From: an uncultured Hyphomicrobiales bacterium
Lineage (GTDB): Bacteria > Bacteroidota > Ignavibacteria > Kapaibacteriales > UBA2268
NCBI GenBank assembly: GCA_964473465.1
Contig: CAYYPE010000001.1
Span: forward strand, 310,789 to 374,788
Reading direction: 5' to 3'
DNA: 64,000 bases
The translations under genes were made by a program, and so were the position numbers. Numbering within the stretch: the stretch's first letter is position 1; each line of letters starts with the position of its first letter. Positions 9,885 to 20,675 of this stretch are shown here, piece after piece. Below the pieces are notes generated by a model. The model made no database searches, was not told the origin of the DNA, and saw nothing but the letters and a program-made list of their open reading frames with translations.

Positions 9885-10808
9885 TCAATTATTACTTTCT
9901 TCTTGTAATGATATTGAATTAATCTTTTGAGATCTTATTTTTTCAGAATATTTAATAATTAAAAATAAAAACATTAATGTGGTTAAAGCACCGAAAAGAA
10001 GCAAAGACAATGAAATATGAACAGGGATATTTCTTGATTGCTCTTCCAGATTTTTCAATGGACTGAAATACATAACATTTACAGCCCAGAAATTATTAAG
10101 GAAATGAACAGAAATCGGAACCCAGATGCTTCCGCTGTAGTAAGCTAACATGGAAAGATAAATGCCTATAAGGATAAGGGGAATCAGGTCAATGGGGTTC
10201 ATATGGATTAAGCCGAACAAAATACCGCTGATAAAAATAGCTGATATTGGTTTGAGTTTTTCTTCGAGTGACCGCTGGAAAAATCCTCTGAAAAGTGCTT
10301 CTTCCGAGATGGCTGGTATAATGGCACCAATAATAAAACCTTTCAAATAATCAAGAAAAGTATTGCCACCAAGGATTGACTCGTAAAGATTCCTAATGGT
10401 CTCAGCATAATACAGGTAGAATTCTTTAAGTGATTCTGGAATAAGACTTTCCTGCAAAGCAGAGTAACCAATGACAAAAATCTGGAAAGTAAGAATGCCT
10501 AAAAGGGATAATGATAAAATATATAGATCAGGTTTTTTCAATCTGAAAAGCTCTTTAAATGGCAAAGGACTAATTTTTGCAGCAATTAGCGTAGGAGCCA
10601 GCAAGAAAAGCAAACTACAAACTCCGATGATGAATGGTAAGAGAAAAGAATAATCCTGATTATTATTAATTAAAAATGTGCCCAAAAACAGACTTGCTTG
10701 ATAAAAAGTCAGAATTAATATTGTCGCGATGACTGAAAAACCAAAATTAGAAAACCTTGGTTTTTCGTATAAATAATTTATCAGGTTATTCATCATTTCA
10801 CTGAACAA
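9885..10808 (-). CDS. CPBP-family (CAAX/Abi) intramembrane metalloprotease
   Basis: Multi-TM protein with EEALFRGFF (motif 1), FGLIHMN (motif 2) and a downstream His. Confidence 0.65.
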   Translation of the reverse strand: MFSEMMNNLINYLYEKPRFSNFGFSVIATILILTFYQASLFLGTFLINNNQDYSFLLPFIIGVCSLLFLLAPTLIAAKISPLPFKELFRLKKPDLYILSLSLLGILTFQIFVIGYSALQESLIPESLKEFYLYYAETIRNLYESILGGNTFLDYLKGFIIGAIIPAISEEALFRGFFQRSLEEKLKPISAIFISGILFGLIHMNPIDLIPLILIGIYLSMLAYYSGSIWVPISVHFLNNFWAVNVMYFSPLKNLEEQSRNIPVHISLSLLLFGALTTLMFLFLIIKYSEKIRSQKINSISLQEESNN

Positions 10809-10881
10809 GCAATTGAAAATATTTTGATTAATGGTTAAATTGCAAGTTAAATTAAATCTTTTTTTTTAACAAAGATATTTT

Positions 10882-11634
10882 ATGCCATATTTTGATTTTG
10901 AGGGGAAAAAAGTTTTTTATGAATCTTTAGGAAATGGATATCCTTTGATTCTGCTTCACGGTAATTCAGTGTCTTCAAAGATGTTTGATAGTGAATCAAT
11001 GTATTATTCAAAATATTATAAAGTCTATCTGATAGATTATCCCGGGCATGGGAGGTCAGAAAGATTGGAAAGTTTTTCAGAAGATTTTTGGTATTATAAT
11101 TCAAGAGCTGTAGTGAGATTAATAGAAAACGAAGAACTGAATGACATATATATAATAGGCACAAGCGGGGGGGCACTGGTTGGCCTAAATGTATGTGCAA
11201 GTCTTAAAGGAAAAGTCAGGAAATCAATATTTGACAGTTTTTTTGGTTTGCGAATTGAAATTGAACTTGCCAGTAAAATTTATGAATCAAGAAAAAGAGC
11301 CAAACAACAAATTTTAGCATCTGCTTTCTGGAAGAGTCAGCATGGTGATGATTGGGCTTCTATTGTTGATCTGGATTTGGATATGTTAGTAAATGTTGCT
11401 AAAAATAATTCTCCTGTAATTTATGGAAATCTCAATGAAATTGACTGCCCGGTTTTATTAACAGGCAGCCATCAGGATGAATTGATACCTGATATGAAAA
11501 CAAGGTTGGAGGAGGTAGCCCAAAAAATTCCAAAGAGCGAAATTTTTATTTCAAATGTTGGAAAACATCCTTTGATGATAACTCAGAAAAGGTTATTCAG
11601 AAAAATTTCGCTTGAATTCTTTAAGAATAATTGA
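10882..11634 (+). CDS. Alpha/beta-fold hydrolase
   Basis: HGNSVSS oxyanion region, nucleophile elbow GTSGGA, C-terminal His. 250 aa. Confidence 0.65.
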   Translation: MPYFDFEGKKVFYESLGNGYPLILLHGNSVSSKMFDSESMYYSKYYKVYLIDYPGHGRSERLESFSEDFWYYNSRAVVRLIENEELNDIYIIGTSGGALVGLNVCASLKGKVRKSIFDSFFGLRIEIELASKIYESRKRAKQQILASAFWKSQHGDDWASIVDLDLDMLVNVAKNNSPVIYGNLNEIDCPVLLTGSHQDELIPDMKTRLEEVAQKIPKSEIFISNVGKHPLMITQKRLFRKISLEFFKNN

Positions 11635-11678
11635 TTTGAAAGAGTATAATTCAATGAAAATTTATTTAATTTGTAATT

Positions 11679-12134
11679 ATGTTAAAAATAAAGATAAAGA
11701 GAATTAATGATAAATTTTCGGATTTGCCACTACCGAATTATTCATCAGAAGGATCGGCAGGTATGGATATTTATGCGGCTGTGGAGAAACCGGAAATAAT
11801 TGAACCGGGTGGGGTTGCTCTTATACCAACTGCTCTTTCAATAGCTCTTGACGATGGTTTTGAATGTCAGGTTCGTTCGAGGAGCGGTCTGGCAATTAAA
11901 CATGGTATATTTGCATTGAATTCACCGGGAACAATAGATAGCGATTACAGGGGAGAAATAAAAATCATTCTTGCGAATTTCGGGAAGATACCATTTGTTA
12001 TTAATAGGGGCGACAGAATAGCTCAGCTTGTTGTTGCCCGATACGAAAAAGTTAAATGGGAATTAGTAGAAGAATTGCCAGAAACCATGCGTGGCGAAGG
12101 TGGTTTTGGAAGCACAGGATTGAATAATTTATAA
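11679..12134 (+). CDS. dut: dUTP diphosphatase
   Basis: Trimeric dUTPase motifs: SAGMDIYA, RSGLAIKHGI, NSPGTIDSDYRGE, and C-terminal RGEGGFGSTG. Confidence 0.9.
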   Translation: MLKIKIKRINDKFSDLPLPNYSSEGSAGMDIYAAVEKPEIIEPGGVALIPTALSIALDDGFECQVRSRSGLAIKHGIFALNSPGTIDSDYRGEIKIILANFGKIPFVINRGDRIAQLVVARYEKVKWELVEELPETMRGEGGFGSTGLNNL

Positions 12135-12139
12135 TTTCT

Positions 12140-13066
12140 ATGGAAAAACCTAAAGTAATATTTATGGGAACACCTGAATTTGCAGTTCCCACACTTGAAA
12201 AGCTGAATGAAAAATATGGTATAGGATTGGTTGTAACCGTTCCCGACAAAGCTCAGGGAAGAGGATTGAAGTTAATGCCTTCGGCAGTCAAGGAAAAAGC
12301 TATAGAATTAGAAATTCCTGTATTGCAGCCTGAGTCATTAAAATCAGAAGATTTCATAAGAACAGTAAGTGAATTTAATCCTGATATAATTGTTGTTCTG
12401 GCATTCAGAATTTTACCTGAGGAAGTGTTTACTCTGGCAAAAGTAGGTTCCTTCAATATTCATGCAAGTTTGCTGCCGGCATATAGAGGTGCTGCACCAA
12501 TTAATTGGGCCATAATAAATGGAGAAAAGAAAACAGGTTTAACATCATTTTTACTGGAAAAAAAAGTTGATACAGGTTCAATTCTATTGAGCAAGGAATT
12601 TGAAATACCCGATGGATTTACGGCAGGTGACTTGCATAATGCCCTTATGCCACTATCAGCAGAATTAGCAATAGAAACCTGTGAGCTGTTACTATCTGGG
12701 AATTATCAGTTAATTCCACAGGATGAATCAAAAGCATCGAAGGCACCAAAGATTTTTCCTGAGGATTGCAAAATTGACTGGAGTCTGCCAGCTGAAAAAA
12801 TAAGAAATTTTATTCACGGCACCTCCCCAACACCCGGAGCATGGACAATATGGGATGATAAAAGATTAAAAATTCTAAGAGCAAGAATCTCTGGTAATAA
12901 AGAAGGAATTGCAGGTTTTTTCGTTATCGAGAATTCACAGTTTATGGTATTTTGTGGTGAAGATGCCATAATTATTGATGAACTTCAGGCTGAGGGAAGA
13001 AAACCAATGAAAATAAAAGACTTTTTAAATGGTTATAAGGGTGAAAACCAAGGAATATTCGATTAA
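12140..13066 (+). CDS. fmt: Methionyl-tRNA formyltransferase
   Basis: N-terminal VIFMGTPEFAVPTLEKL, formyltransferase core with HASLLPAYRGAAPINWAI, and C-terminal domain. Confidence 0.9.
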   Translation: MEKPKVIFMGTPEFAVPTLEKLNEKYGIGLVVTVPDKAQGRGLKLMPSAVKEKAIELEIPVLQPESLKSEDFIRTVSEFNPDIIVVLAFRILPEEVFTLAKVGSFNIHASLLPAYRGAAPINWAIINGEKKTGLTSFLLEKKVDTGSILLSKEFEIPDGFTAGDLHNALMPLSAELAIETCELLLSGNYQLIPQDESKASKAPKIFPEDCKIDWSLPAEKIRNFIHGTSPTPGAWTIWDDKRLKILRARISGNKEGIAGFFVIENSQFMVFCGEDAIIIDELQAEGRKPMKIKDFLNGYKGENQGIFD

Positions 13067-13097
13067 TTATTTAATTTATAAAAATCTGGAGGTAATT

Positions 13098-14285
13098 TTG
13101 GAATCAGACGATCATAGTGGTATGAACACGAAATGCGTTCATTCAGGTATTGAAGAATATCAATTCGGGGCAGTTGTCCCACCGATTTATCAAACATCTA
13201 CATTTAAATTTCAAAGCAGTGACCATGGGGCAAGATTGTTCAAGGGTGAAGAAGATGGGTATATTTATACAAGAATGAGAAACCCAACTATCGAAGCAAT
13301 GGAAAATGCTATTGCTTCGCTTGAAGGAGGAGCAAAATCACTCGGTTGTGCCAGTGGAATGGCAGCTATCCACACACTAATTGCCTATTGTCTGAAATGT
13401 GGCGACCATATCATTTGCAGCGAGTCAGTCTATGGACCAACAACAACGCTGATATCAACAATTTTTTCAAAATATGGTATTGAATATGATTTTGTTGATA
13501 CATCTAATCTGGATGAAATTCAATCGAAGGTAAAGGAAAACACAAGATTAATTTTTGTTGAAACCCCAGCTAATCCGACTCTGGTTATTTCTGACATCGC
13601 AGCAATTTCAAAAATTGCTAAAAAAAATAATGCTAAGTTAGCAGTGGATAATACTTTTATGAGCCCTGCACTTCAACAACCATTAAAATTAGGAGCAGAT
13701 TATGTAATTCATAGTCTGACAAAGTTTCTAAACGGGCATGCTGATGTTGTTGGCGGGGTGATTGTTGTGAAAAACAATGATGAATATCCAATAATGAGAA
13801 AATTTCTTAATCACGTTGGCGGGGTTATTGATCCATTTAACTCTTTTCTTGTTCATCGAGGTATGAAAACTTTATCGTTAAGAATGGAGAGGCACTCAGA
13901 AAACGCAATGAAAATAGCAGAATATCTTGAAAACCATCCAAAGGTGGAATGGGTTCGTTATCCCGGTCTTCAATCTCATCCTCAGTATGAAATTGGGCTT
14001 AAACAAATGAAAGGGTTTGGTGGAATGATTTCATTTGAGCTTAAAGACGGTTATAATGCAGGGAAAATCCTGATGGACAATATCAAACTCTGGACTTTGG
14101 CAGTTAGTCTTGGAGGAGTAGAATCACTTATTCAGCATCCTGCTTCAATGACCCATTCCAGTATGGATAGAAATGTCAGAGTTCAGGCTAAGATAACTGA
14201 TGGACTGGTAAGACTTTCTGTTGGTATAGAAGATGTGGAGGATTTGATTTCAGCACTTGACGATGGTCTTAATTTATTAAAATAA
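13098..14285 (+). CDS. PLP-dependent methionine gamma-lyase / cystathionine gamma-synthase family enzyme
   Basis: Cys/Met-metabolism PLP family: PPIYQTSTFKF, YTRMRNPT, PLP-lysine motif SLTKFLNGHADVVGG. The track start at 13029 overlaps fmt. An in-frame TTG at 13098 has GGAGG 5 nt upstream and is preferred. ATG at 13122 is an alternative. Confidence 0.8.
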   Translation: MESDDHSGMNTKCVHSGIEEYQFGAVVPPIYQTSTFKFQSSDHGARLFKGEEDGYIYTRMRNPTIEAMENAIASLEGGAKSLGCASGMAAIHTLIAYCLKCGDHIICSESVYGPTTTLISTIFSKYGIEYDFVDTSNLDEIQSKVKENTRLIFVETPANPTLVISDIAAISKIAKKNNAKLAVDNTFMSPALQQPLKLGADYVIHSLTKFLNGHADVVGGVIVVKNNDEYPIMRKFLNHVGGVIDPFNSFLVHRGMKTLSLRMERHSENAMKIAEYLENHPKVEWVRYPGLQSHPQYEIGLKQMKGFGGMISFELKDGYNAGKILMDNIKLWTLAVSLGGVESLIQHPASMTHSSMDRNVRVQAKITDGLVRLSVGIEDVEDLISALDDGLNLLK

Positions 14286-14298
14286 AACAGAGGAGCTA

Positions 14299-14823
14299 AT
14301 GAAAAGCAAAATATTTTATCTGATAATTTTTTTTCTTATAAGCTGCAGTTCAGAGCGTAAGGAAGCAATTGAGTATAATGATAAAATTATTTCTGAACAA
14401 AATAAGATAATTGAGAAAGCTATAGATTTCACCTCTTCGTTTGAAACAAGAAATTATAGAAGGATTGACTCAATCAGGCTAATTTTACTTTTACAAATTG
14501 ATAAATCTATTGGAGCAATCAGCAAAATGCAATCTTTTGAAGGGTATGACTCACTTCGCTTGGCTGCACTTGATTTATTTAATTTTTACAAGAAAGTTTA
14601 TGATAACGAATTCAAGGAAATAACACAAATCATAACAAAAGATTCTCTGGAAATAACTGAGGATGATATTATCAGACATAATATTCTAACCAGAAAGATT
14701 AAAAACGAAGAGATAAGTTACGACAATAACTTCCAAAAAGCTCAGCAGTCTTTTGCAAAGAAATATAATTTAAACATAACCCGGAATGAATATCAGGACA
14801 GATTGAATGAGATAAGAAAATAA
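14299..14823 (+). CDS. Hypothetical lipoprotein
   Basis: Signal peptide with lipobox LISCSS. Lys/Glu-rich, probably helical. No recognisable domain. Confidence 0.5.
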   Translation: MKSKIFYLIIFFLISCSSERKEAIEYNDKIISEQNKIIEKAIDFTSSFETRNYRRIDSIRLILLLQIDKSIGAISKMQSFEGYDSLRLAALDLFNFYKKVYDNEFKEITQIITKDSLEITEDDIIRHNILTRKIKNEEISYDNNFQKAQQSFAKKYNLNITRNEYQDRLNEIRK

Positions 14824-14880
14824 AATGAAATTGGAGAAGGATTATTTTATATTATTTTAATATTTAATAAACAAATGTAA

Positions 14881-14917
14881 AAAAAAGCCATACCTATAAA
14901 ATAGATATGGCTTTTTA
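14881..14917. terminator. Bidirectional intrinsic terminator
   Basis: AAAAAAGCCATAcctataaaatagaTATGGCTTTTT. Hairpin with an A-tract and a T-tract, between the lipoprotein gene stop (14823) and the mdh stop (14933). Confidence 0.6.
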
Positions 14918-14932
14918 ATAAAGCATATAAAA

Positions 14933-15973
<1,041 letters not shown>

Positions 15974-17257
15974 TTAACCTTGTGCTTCGACAATTTTCTT
16001 GTAGCCGGCAGTTGGTAAGGATTTTGGTCTTGTGATAGGATATCCCATAGCACGATTAACAACAGCCTGTGAGCAAATACCCAAAGCACGAGAGATACTG
16101 AAGAGAACAGTGTAATAGCTGAACTCAGTCATTCCGTAGTGATATAAAAGTGCACCAGAGCCAGCATCAACATTCGGCCACGGATCTTTAATTTTCTGAA
16201 CTTGTTTTAATACTTCGGGGACTGTTTCGAAGACTCTTTGAACTGTCAGGAATACAGGATCGTCGGGCATATATTTTTTGCCGAAAGCAAGGAATGCATC
16301 AAATCGGGGATCTGTAATTCTAAGAACAGCGTGACCATAACCGGGTATGACTTTTCCGGAATTTAACGTCTCCCATGCAAATTTTTCGAGTTGTTCGCTA
16401 GTTGGTGCTCCGCCGAATTTTTCCATTGTTTGTAATATCCAGCCAAGGCATTCCTGATTTGCTAATCCGTGAAGCGGACCAGCCAGACCATTTAAGCCAC
16501 CGGAAAGTGAATAGTATAAATCAGAGAGGGCTGAATTAATAACTGAGGCTGAATAAGCACTAACATTTCCGCTTTCGTGGTCGCAATGCAAAGTTAGATA
16601 AAGTCTCATTAGTTTTGGCAGTTCTTCGTTTGGATCAGGCAATCCAAGCATAATAGCATAGTTTTTGCCCCAGTCAGCGTTTTTGTCAGAAGGAATTCTG
16701 GGACCTTTGTTAAATCTTTTTCTGTAAATGGCAGCGCCAATAGCGGGTAATTTAGCAATTATGTTAATTGCATCTTCGTATGTTGCAATCCAATAATCAT
16801 CTTTTTTCATACCTTCAGCGTAGCGTTTTGCAAAAACAGATTCTTTTTGCATAACCAAAATGGCAGTATTGAACATAGCCATCGGGTGAGAATCTGCTGG
16901 CATTGCATCCAGAACAGCCCAAACATAATCAGGAACATCTTCTGCATCTTTTAATTCTGCTTGTAAATCTTTTAATTCTGTTTCGTTTGGTAAATCACCG
17001 GTTAATAGTAAATAAAGAATCTCTTCGGGCAATTTGTCGAACAGATTTTTAAGCTCAATACCACGAATAATCAAACCTTTGTCGGGTGGAACCTCTGAAG
17101 TATCGCAAACTAAACATTTAACTCCACGCAGCCCTCCATAAGCTTGTGCTAAAGTTACCTGGGAGACAACCTTGTCTCCGTATTGTTTTACGAAATTTCC
17201 AATCTCAGCTTTGAGTGGAGGAAAAATTTGAGCTAGTTTTTCTTTGAGCATTGACAT
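15974..17257 (-). CDS. gltA: Citrate synthase
   Basis: 427 aa. Citrate-synthase signatures GYGHAVLR and catalytic His/Asp context (HCDHESGNVSA...). Confidence 0.9.
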   Translation of the reverse strand: MSMLKEKLAQIFPPLKAEIGNFVKQYGDKVVSQVTLAQAYGGLRGVKCLVCDTSEVPPDKGLIIRGIELKNLFDKLPEEILYLLLTGDLPNETELKDLQAELKDAEDVPDYVWAVLDAMPADSHPMAMFNTAILVMQKESVFAKRYAEGMKKDDYWIATYEDAINIIAKLPAIGAAIYRKRFNKGPRIPSDKNADWGKNYAIMLGLPDPNEELPKLMRLYLTLHCDHESGNVSAYSASVINSALSDLYYSLSGGLNGLAGPLHGLANQECLGWILQTMEKFGGAPTSEQLEKFAWETLNSGKVIPGYGHAVLRITDPRFDAFLAFGKKYMPDDPVFLTVQRVFETVPEVLKQVQKIKDPWPNVDAGSGALLYHYGMTEFSYYTVLFSISRALGICSQAVVNRAMGYPITRPKSLPTAGYKKIVEAQG

Positions 17258-17486
17258 AAGTTATACCTCATAATAATTAAAAATGAAAATTTGTTTTTGG
17301 ATAAAAACAAGGGGTTTTTTGATTGCTTTCTTTTTTCATATAGAAATTCTATACCTATATATTCAACGATAAAGAATTTTTTCAACAAAATAACTTATAA
17401 AAAAAAATTTCGAATTGCAAATTAATTAAACTTTTTTAGAACTAAAACAAATATTCTGTAATCAATGTGTAAATTTAATTAATTTC

Positions 17487-19121
17487 TTATAAATAAACGA
17501 AAGAATGACAATCGGGAGGATTTTTAAATAAATCCAAAAGAGTTTCTATCAGATCTTCTTTCCCACTGTTATAAAGAAAATTTACGGGGGGGTAGATTCT
17601 TTCCTGAAAGGTTTCAAAAGGATATAGAAATTGACTTGCCTGATAATACTTGTTGATTAGAAAATCATACTTTCTGATTTCTGCAGACTTGATTTTCTTT
17701 CCAATGCTTTCAATAATTTGTCTGGTTTTAGTTCCTGATGACTCCACAAAGCCATCAAGGGTTGGATCAACTGAATTTGCAAAGGTTTTGAGTTCGTTAA
17801 AAATCATTTGAATATCATCAATAGATTTGTTAATGAGCTCTTCGATGTTACTATCTTTGAATTTAGCATTAATAAAAGACTTGAGAACTTCTTTTCTGCA
17901 AAGGAAGAACTCTGGCGAGAGTTCATTTTTTTCTAAGAATCGGGTTGTTTTTTTATCTACTAAGGTTATAGAGTGTCTTGGAATGAAAGCCGGCATAGTA
18001 ACCTGAAAATAATCATAAACCTCTTTAAGCTGAGAGCAATAACCTATCTCGCTCGGACCGGCGACATAGGCTACAGTAGGTAAAGAGTAATCCTGAAAGA
18101 CAGGTCTAAGAAGAACATTCGGGGAATATGCCGAATGATCTTGCGAAAGCTTGGCTAACAGGTCTTTATGGTGATAGTTTTCATCAGATATTTTAAAATA
18201 TTCGCTATTATCACCGAGAGGTTCGATTTTATATCTAAAACCTGCTTTATGAAAAAACAGATTTATTTTTGATGACTTAGCCTGAATATGATATGCAGCT
18301 GATTCGAGCTGATTGTTAGCATAATGAATTAATTCCTCTGTTTTTCCTAAATTATCTAATTCTTTCCTGACTGGTTCATAAAATATTCCTGAGCTTTGAA
18401 GCCCGGAAGCACTAATAAATAATATCCCGGTGAAGCCAATAAGATTATGAATAAGTTCAACAAATGCTGATGTCCAGCTTTTTGAGGGTTTGTAAATATT
18501 ATTCAGAATTGCTATTAGTTCTTGGTTATTATTTAGTCCCGATAAATGTTGACAAATATTTTGTATGACATCACTTATATAAGAACTAAAAACTCTGCTC
18601 GAAACGACTCTTCTGTCAGTTTTATCAGGTGATTCGTCGCAATTGAATATATGTTGATTATAGTTCTGGTCGAAGATAGTTGTTTGAGATGATTCAAGAT
18701 TATCGTGGTCGTTATCCTCAATCCAGAAAAATGGAATAAAAGTGAAATCCTTGTGATGGTCATTAAGTTTTATTGATAGAGCTACAGCACTAAAAGCCTT
18801 AACCAGAGTGTAGAGCGGACCACCAAGGAAACCAACTTGTTGTCCTGTTACAACTGCAAGTGAATTGGAAGATTTTAATAAATTGAGATTCTTGGCTTGT
18901 GCAGGACTCAATATTATATCTTTCATTGTTGCAGAGATGTTCTCTGTTATCAAATTTCTATGCTTGTTGGAGTGAGCAATTTCTGAAAGATAAGTTTTAT
19001 CAGTAAATAATCTCTTATTGTTTGGGAATCTATTGTCAAAAAATTCATTTCCATTGATAAAATCAAGAAATAACTTGGAAAATCCGGGAAGACTGTCGTA
19101 TTTAATTGATTTGATTGTCAT
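17487..19121 (-). CDS. bshC: Bacillithiol biosynthesis cysteine-adding enzyme BshC
   Basis: 544 aa. The conserved block AVVTGQQVGFLGGPLYTLVKAFSAVALS...IPFFWIEDNDHDNLE matches B. subtilis YllA/BshC AVVGGQQAGLLTGPLYTIHK...IPIFWVAGEDHDLDE. The ATG overlaps the upstream gene stop (ATGA). Confidence 0.8.
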   Translation of the reverse strand: MTIKSIKYDSLPGFSKLFLDFINGNEFFDNRFPNNKRLFTDKTYLSEIAHSNKHRNLITENISATMKDIILSPAQAKNLNLLKSSNSLAVVTGQQVGFLGGPLYTLVKAFSAVALSIKLNDHHKDFTFIPFFWIEDNDHDNLESSQTTIFDQNYNQHIFNCDESPDKTDRRVVSSRVFSSYISDVIQNICQHLSGLNNNQELIAILNNIYKPSKSWTSAFVELIHNLIGFTGILFISASGLQSSGIFYEPVRKELDNLGKTEELIHYANNQLESAAYHIQAKSSKINLFFHKAGFRYKIEPLGDNSEYFKISDENYHHKDLLAKLSQDHSAYSPNVLLRPVFQDYSLPTVAYVAGPSEIGYCSQLKEVYDYFQVTMPAFIPRHSITLVDKKTTRFLEKNELSPEFFLCRKEVLKSFINAKFKDSNIEELINKSIDDIQMIFNELKTFANSVDPTLDGFVESSGTKTRQIIESIGKKIKSAEIRKYDFLINKYYQASQFLYPFETFQERIYPPVNFLYNSGKEDLIETLLDLFKNPPDCHSFVYL

Positions 19122-20662
19122 TTCCTTGTAAAAACCTTAAATAATTTAAAATCTTTAACTTCATAAAAATTTTGTAGAAACAACTGACTGAAAACTTTAT
19201 TTTGAATTAGTGCATCATAACTTGAAAATAAATGCCCCATAGCATAAATATTTCCGTCATTAGTTTGAACAACAAGCCAGTCTGCGGTCTTTAATTCATT
19301 GGAAAACAATTTTTCATAATAATCTATATTGTAAGAACTCAGATAGAAGCAGGAAAGGGCAAACCGAGATTTTTCACCCCTTTCGATGAAAAAGTTTAAT
19401 TGATTATTTATATTGGAAATGACCAGAACTTTGTCAGTCGGACTAATTTTCTGATTAATGAAAGAAGATACATCCAATGTGGTTTTCCTGAGGACTGAAG
19501 ATGTCCATTGCCTTTCGTAGAACAAATCGTATTTTTCTTTTGATGAAAAGTAATAATAATTAGGTATAAAGGTTTGAAACCATCTGGGCAAAGGACTAAA
19601 GAGCAGAAAAAAAATAAGAGCAGAAACAGAAATAAACTTTGCCTGTAAATCAAATTTTAAAATTTTCTCTCTTAACTCCCTTAGTAATTCATATAATCCG
19701 AATGCTGCAAGAATTGATATTGGAATATAAATTCTCAGGAAATGATATTCAAAATATTTTCTTTCAATTATAATCGAAGCAAAAAGGAAAATAATAATTA
19801 TGATAGAAAAATTATATAATCGCTGACTTCCGTTTTTTAGTTGGTTTTTTAAAGTATAAATTATACCAGACAAAAATAAAACAGATAGCGATAAAGAAAG
19901 GTTGTCGGCTAAAAAATGAGATATTTGCTTCAATGAAAATTTAAAGTATTCAAGGTCAATTGAAGGCTGAGAACCATAAATCATCAAATATTTGAGAGCA
20001 TTTGAAAATCCAGAAAAAATTTCGGAATCAAATAATATTATATTAGCAAGTAAAACGGTGATACAAAGGCTAAAGATAGTAATAACCTGTTTAATAAAGG
20101 GGTTTGATTTTTTCTCAGATAAAAAATCATCAATGATAAAGGCGAAATATATAACTATCGAAGTGAATTTGATTGAAATCAAAAGACCAAGTAAAATACC
20201 CCTGATTAGCCAGATATAATTCTTCTTTTCCTCTGAAACCTGAACAGAAATCAATAGAAGGACAATGAAACCCATGAAGGACTCAAGCTGCATTGTCTGA
20301 TTGAAATTGAAAGCAACATAACTCACTGAATAAATAATGACGGCTATAAAAGGGATTATCTCATTGTTGGTTTTCTTTTGAATTAGTTTGAATAATAAAA
20401 ATATTATAAATAACTGGAAAATGAAATCCGAAAACCTCAGCAGAAATTCGCTATGACCCGAAAATAAAACAATTGGTATGAATAGAATATATCCAAAAGG
20501 AGGTTTGATATCAATATAGTCAATATATAATTTTCCACCATTGAGAATAGTTCTGGCGGCGTGATAAAATATCGAAAGGTCGTTAGATAATGGAAAAAAA
20601 AGGATGGGTGTTAGTATTACTGCACATAAAACAAAAAGTAATATTACCTTCTGAATTTTCAT
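19118..20662 (-). CDS. Polytopic membrane glycosyltransferase (GT-C, PMT/ArnT family 39/83-like)
   Basis: 514 aa with about 10 N-terminal TM helices, an early conserved DY..IKPP loop, and a C-terminal soluble domain. Domain call is from overall architecture only. Confidence 0.4.
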   Translation of the reverse strand: MKIQKVILLFVLCAVILTPILFFPLSNDLSIFYHAARTILNGGKLYIDYIDIKPPFGYILFIPIVLFSGHSEFLLRFSDFIFQLFIIFLLFKLIQKKTNNEIIPFIAVIIYSVSYVAFNFNQTMQLESFMGFIVLLLISVQVSEEKKNYIWLIRGILLGLLISIKFTSIVIYFAFIIDDFLSEKKSNPFIKQVITIFSLCITVLLANIILFDSEIFSGFSNALKYLMIYGSQPSIDLEYFKFSLKQISHFLADNLSLSLSVLFLSGIIYTLKNQLKNGSQRLYNFSIIIIIFLFASIIIERKYFEYHFLRIYIPISILAAFGLYELLRELREKILKFDLQAKFISVSALIFFLLFSPLPRWFQTFIPNYYYFSSKEKYDLFYERQWTSSVLRKTTLDVSSFINQKISPTDKVLVISNINNQLNFFIERGEKSRFALSCFYLSSYNIDYYEKLFSNELKTADWLVVQTNDGNIYAMGHLFSSYDALIQNKVFSQLFLQNFYEVKDFKLFKVFTRK

Positions 20663-20675
20663 TTAATTTATCAGT

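Noticed and set aside
13029-13097. Annotated ORF start of the gamma-lyase gene at 13029, overlapping fmt by 38 nt
   Set aside because: The first about 23 residues (MVIRVKTKEYSINYLIYKNLEVI) have no counterpart in gamma-lyase N-termini. The start was moved to the RBS-supported TTG at 13098.
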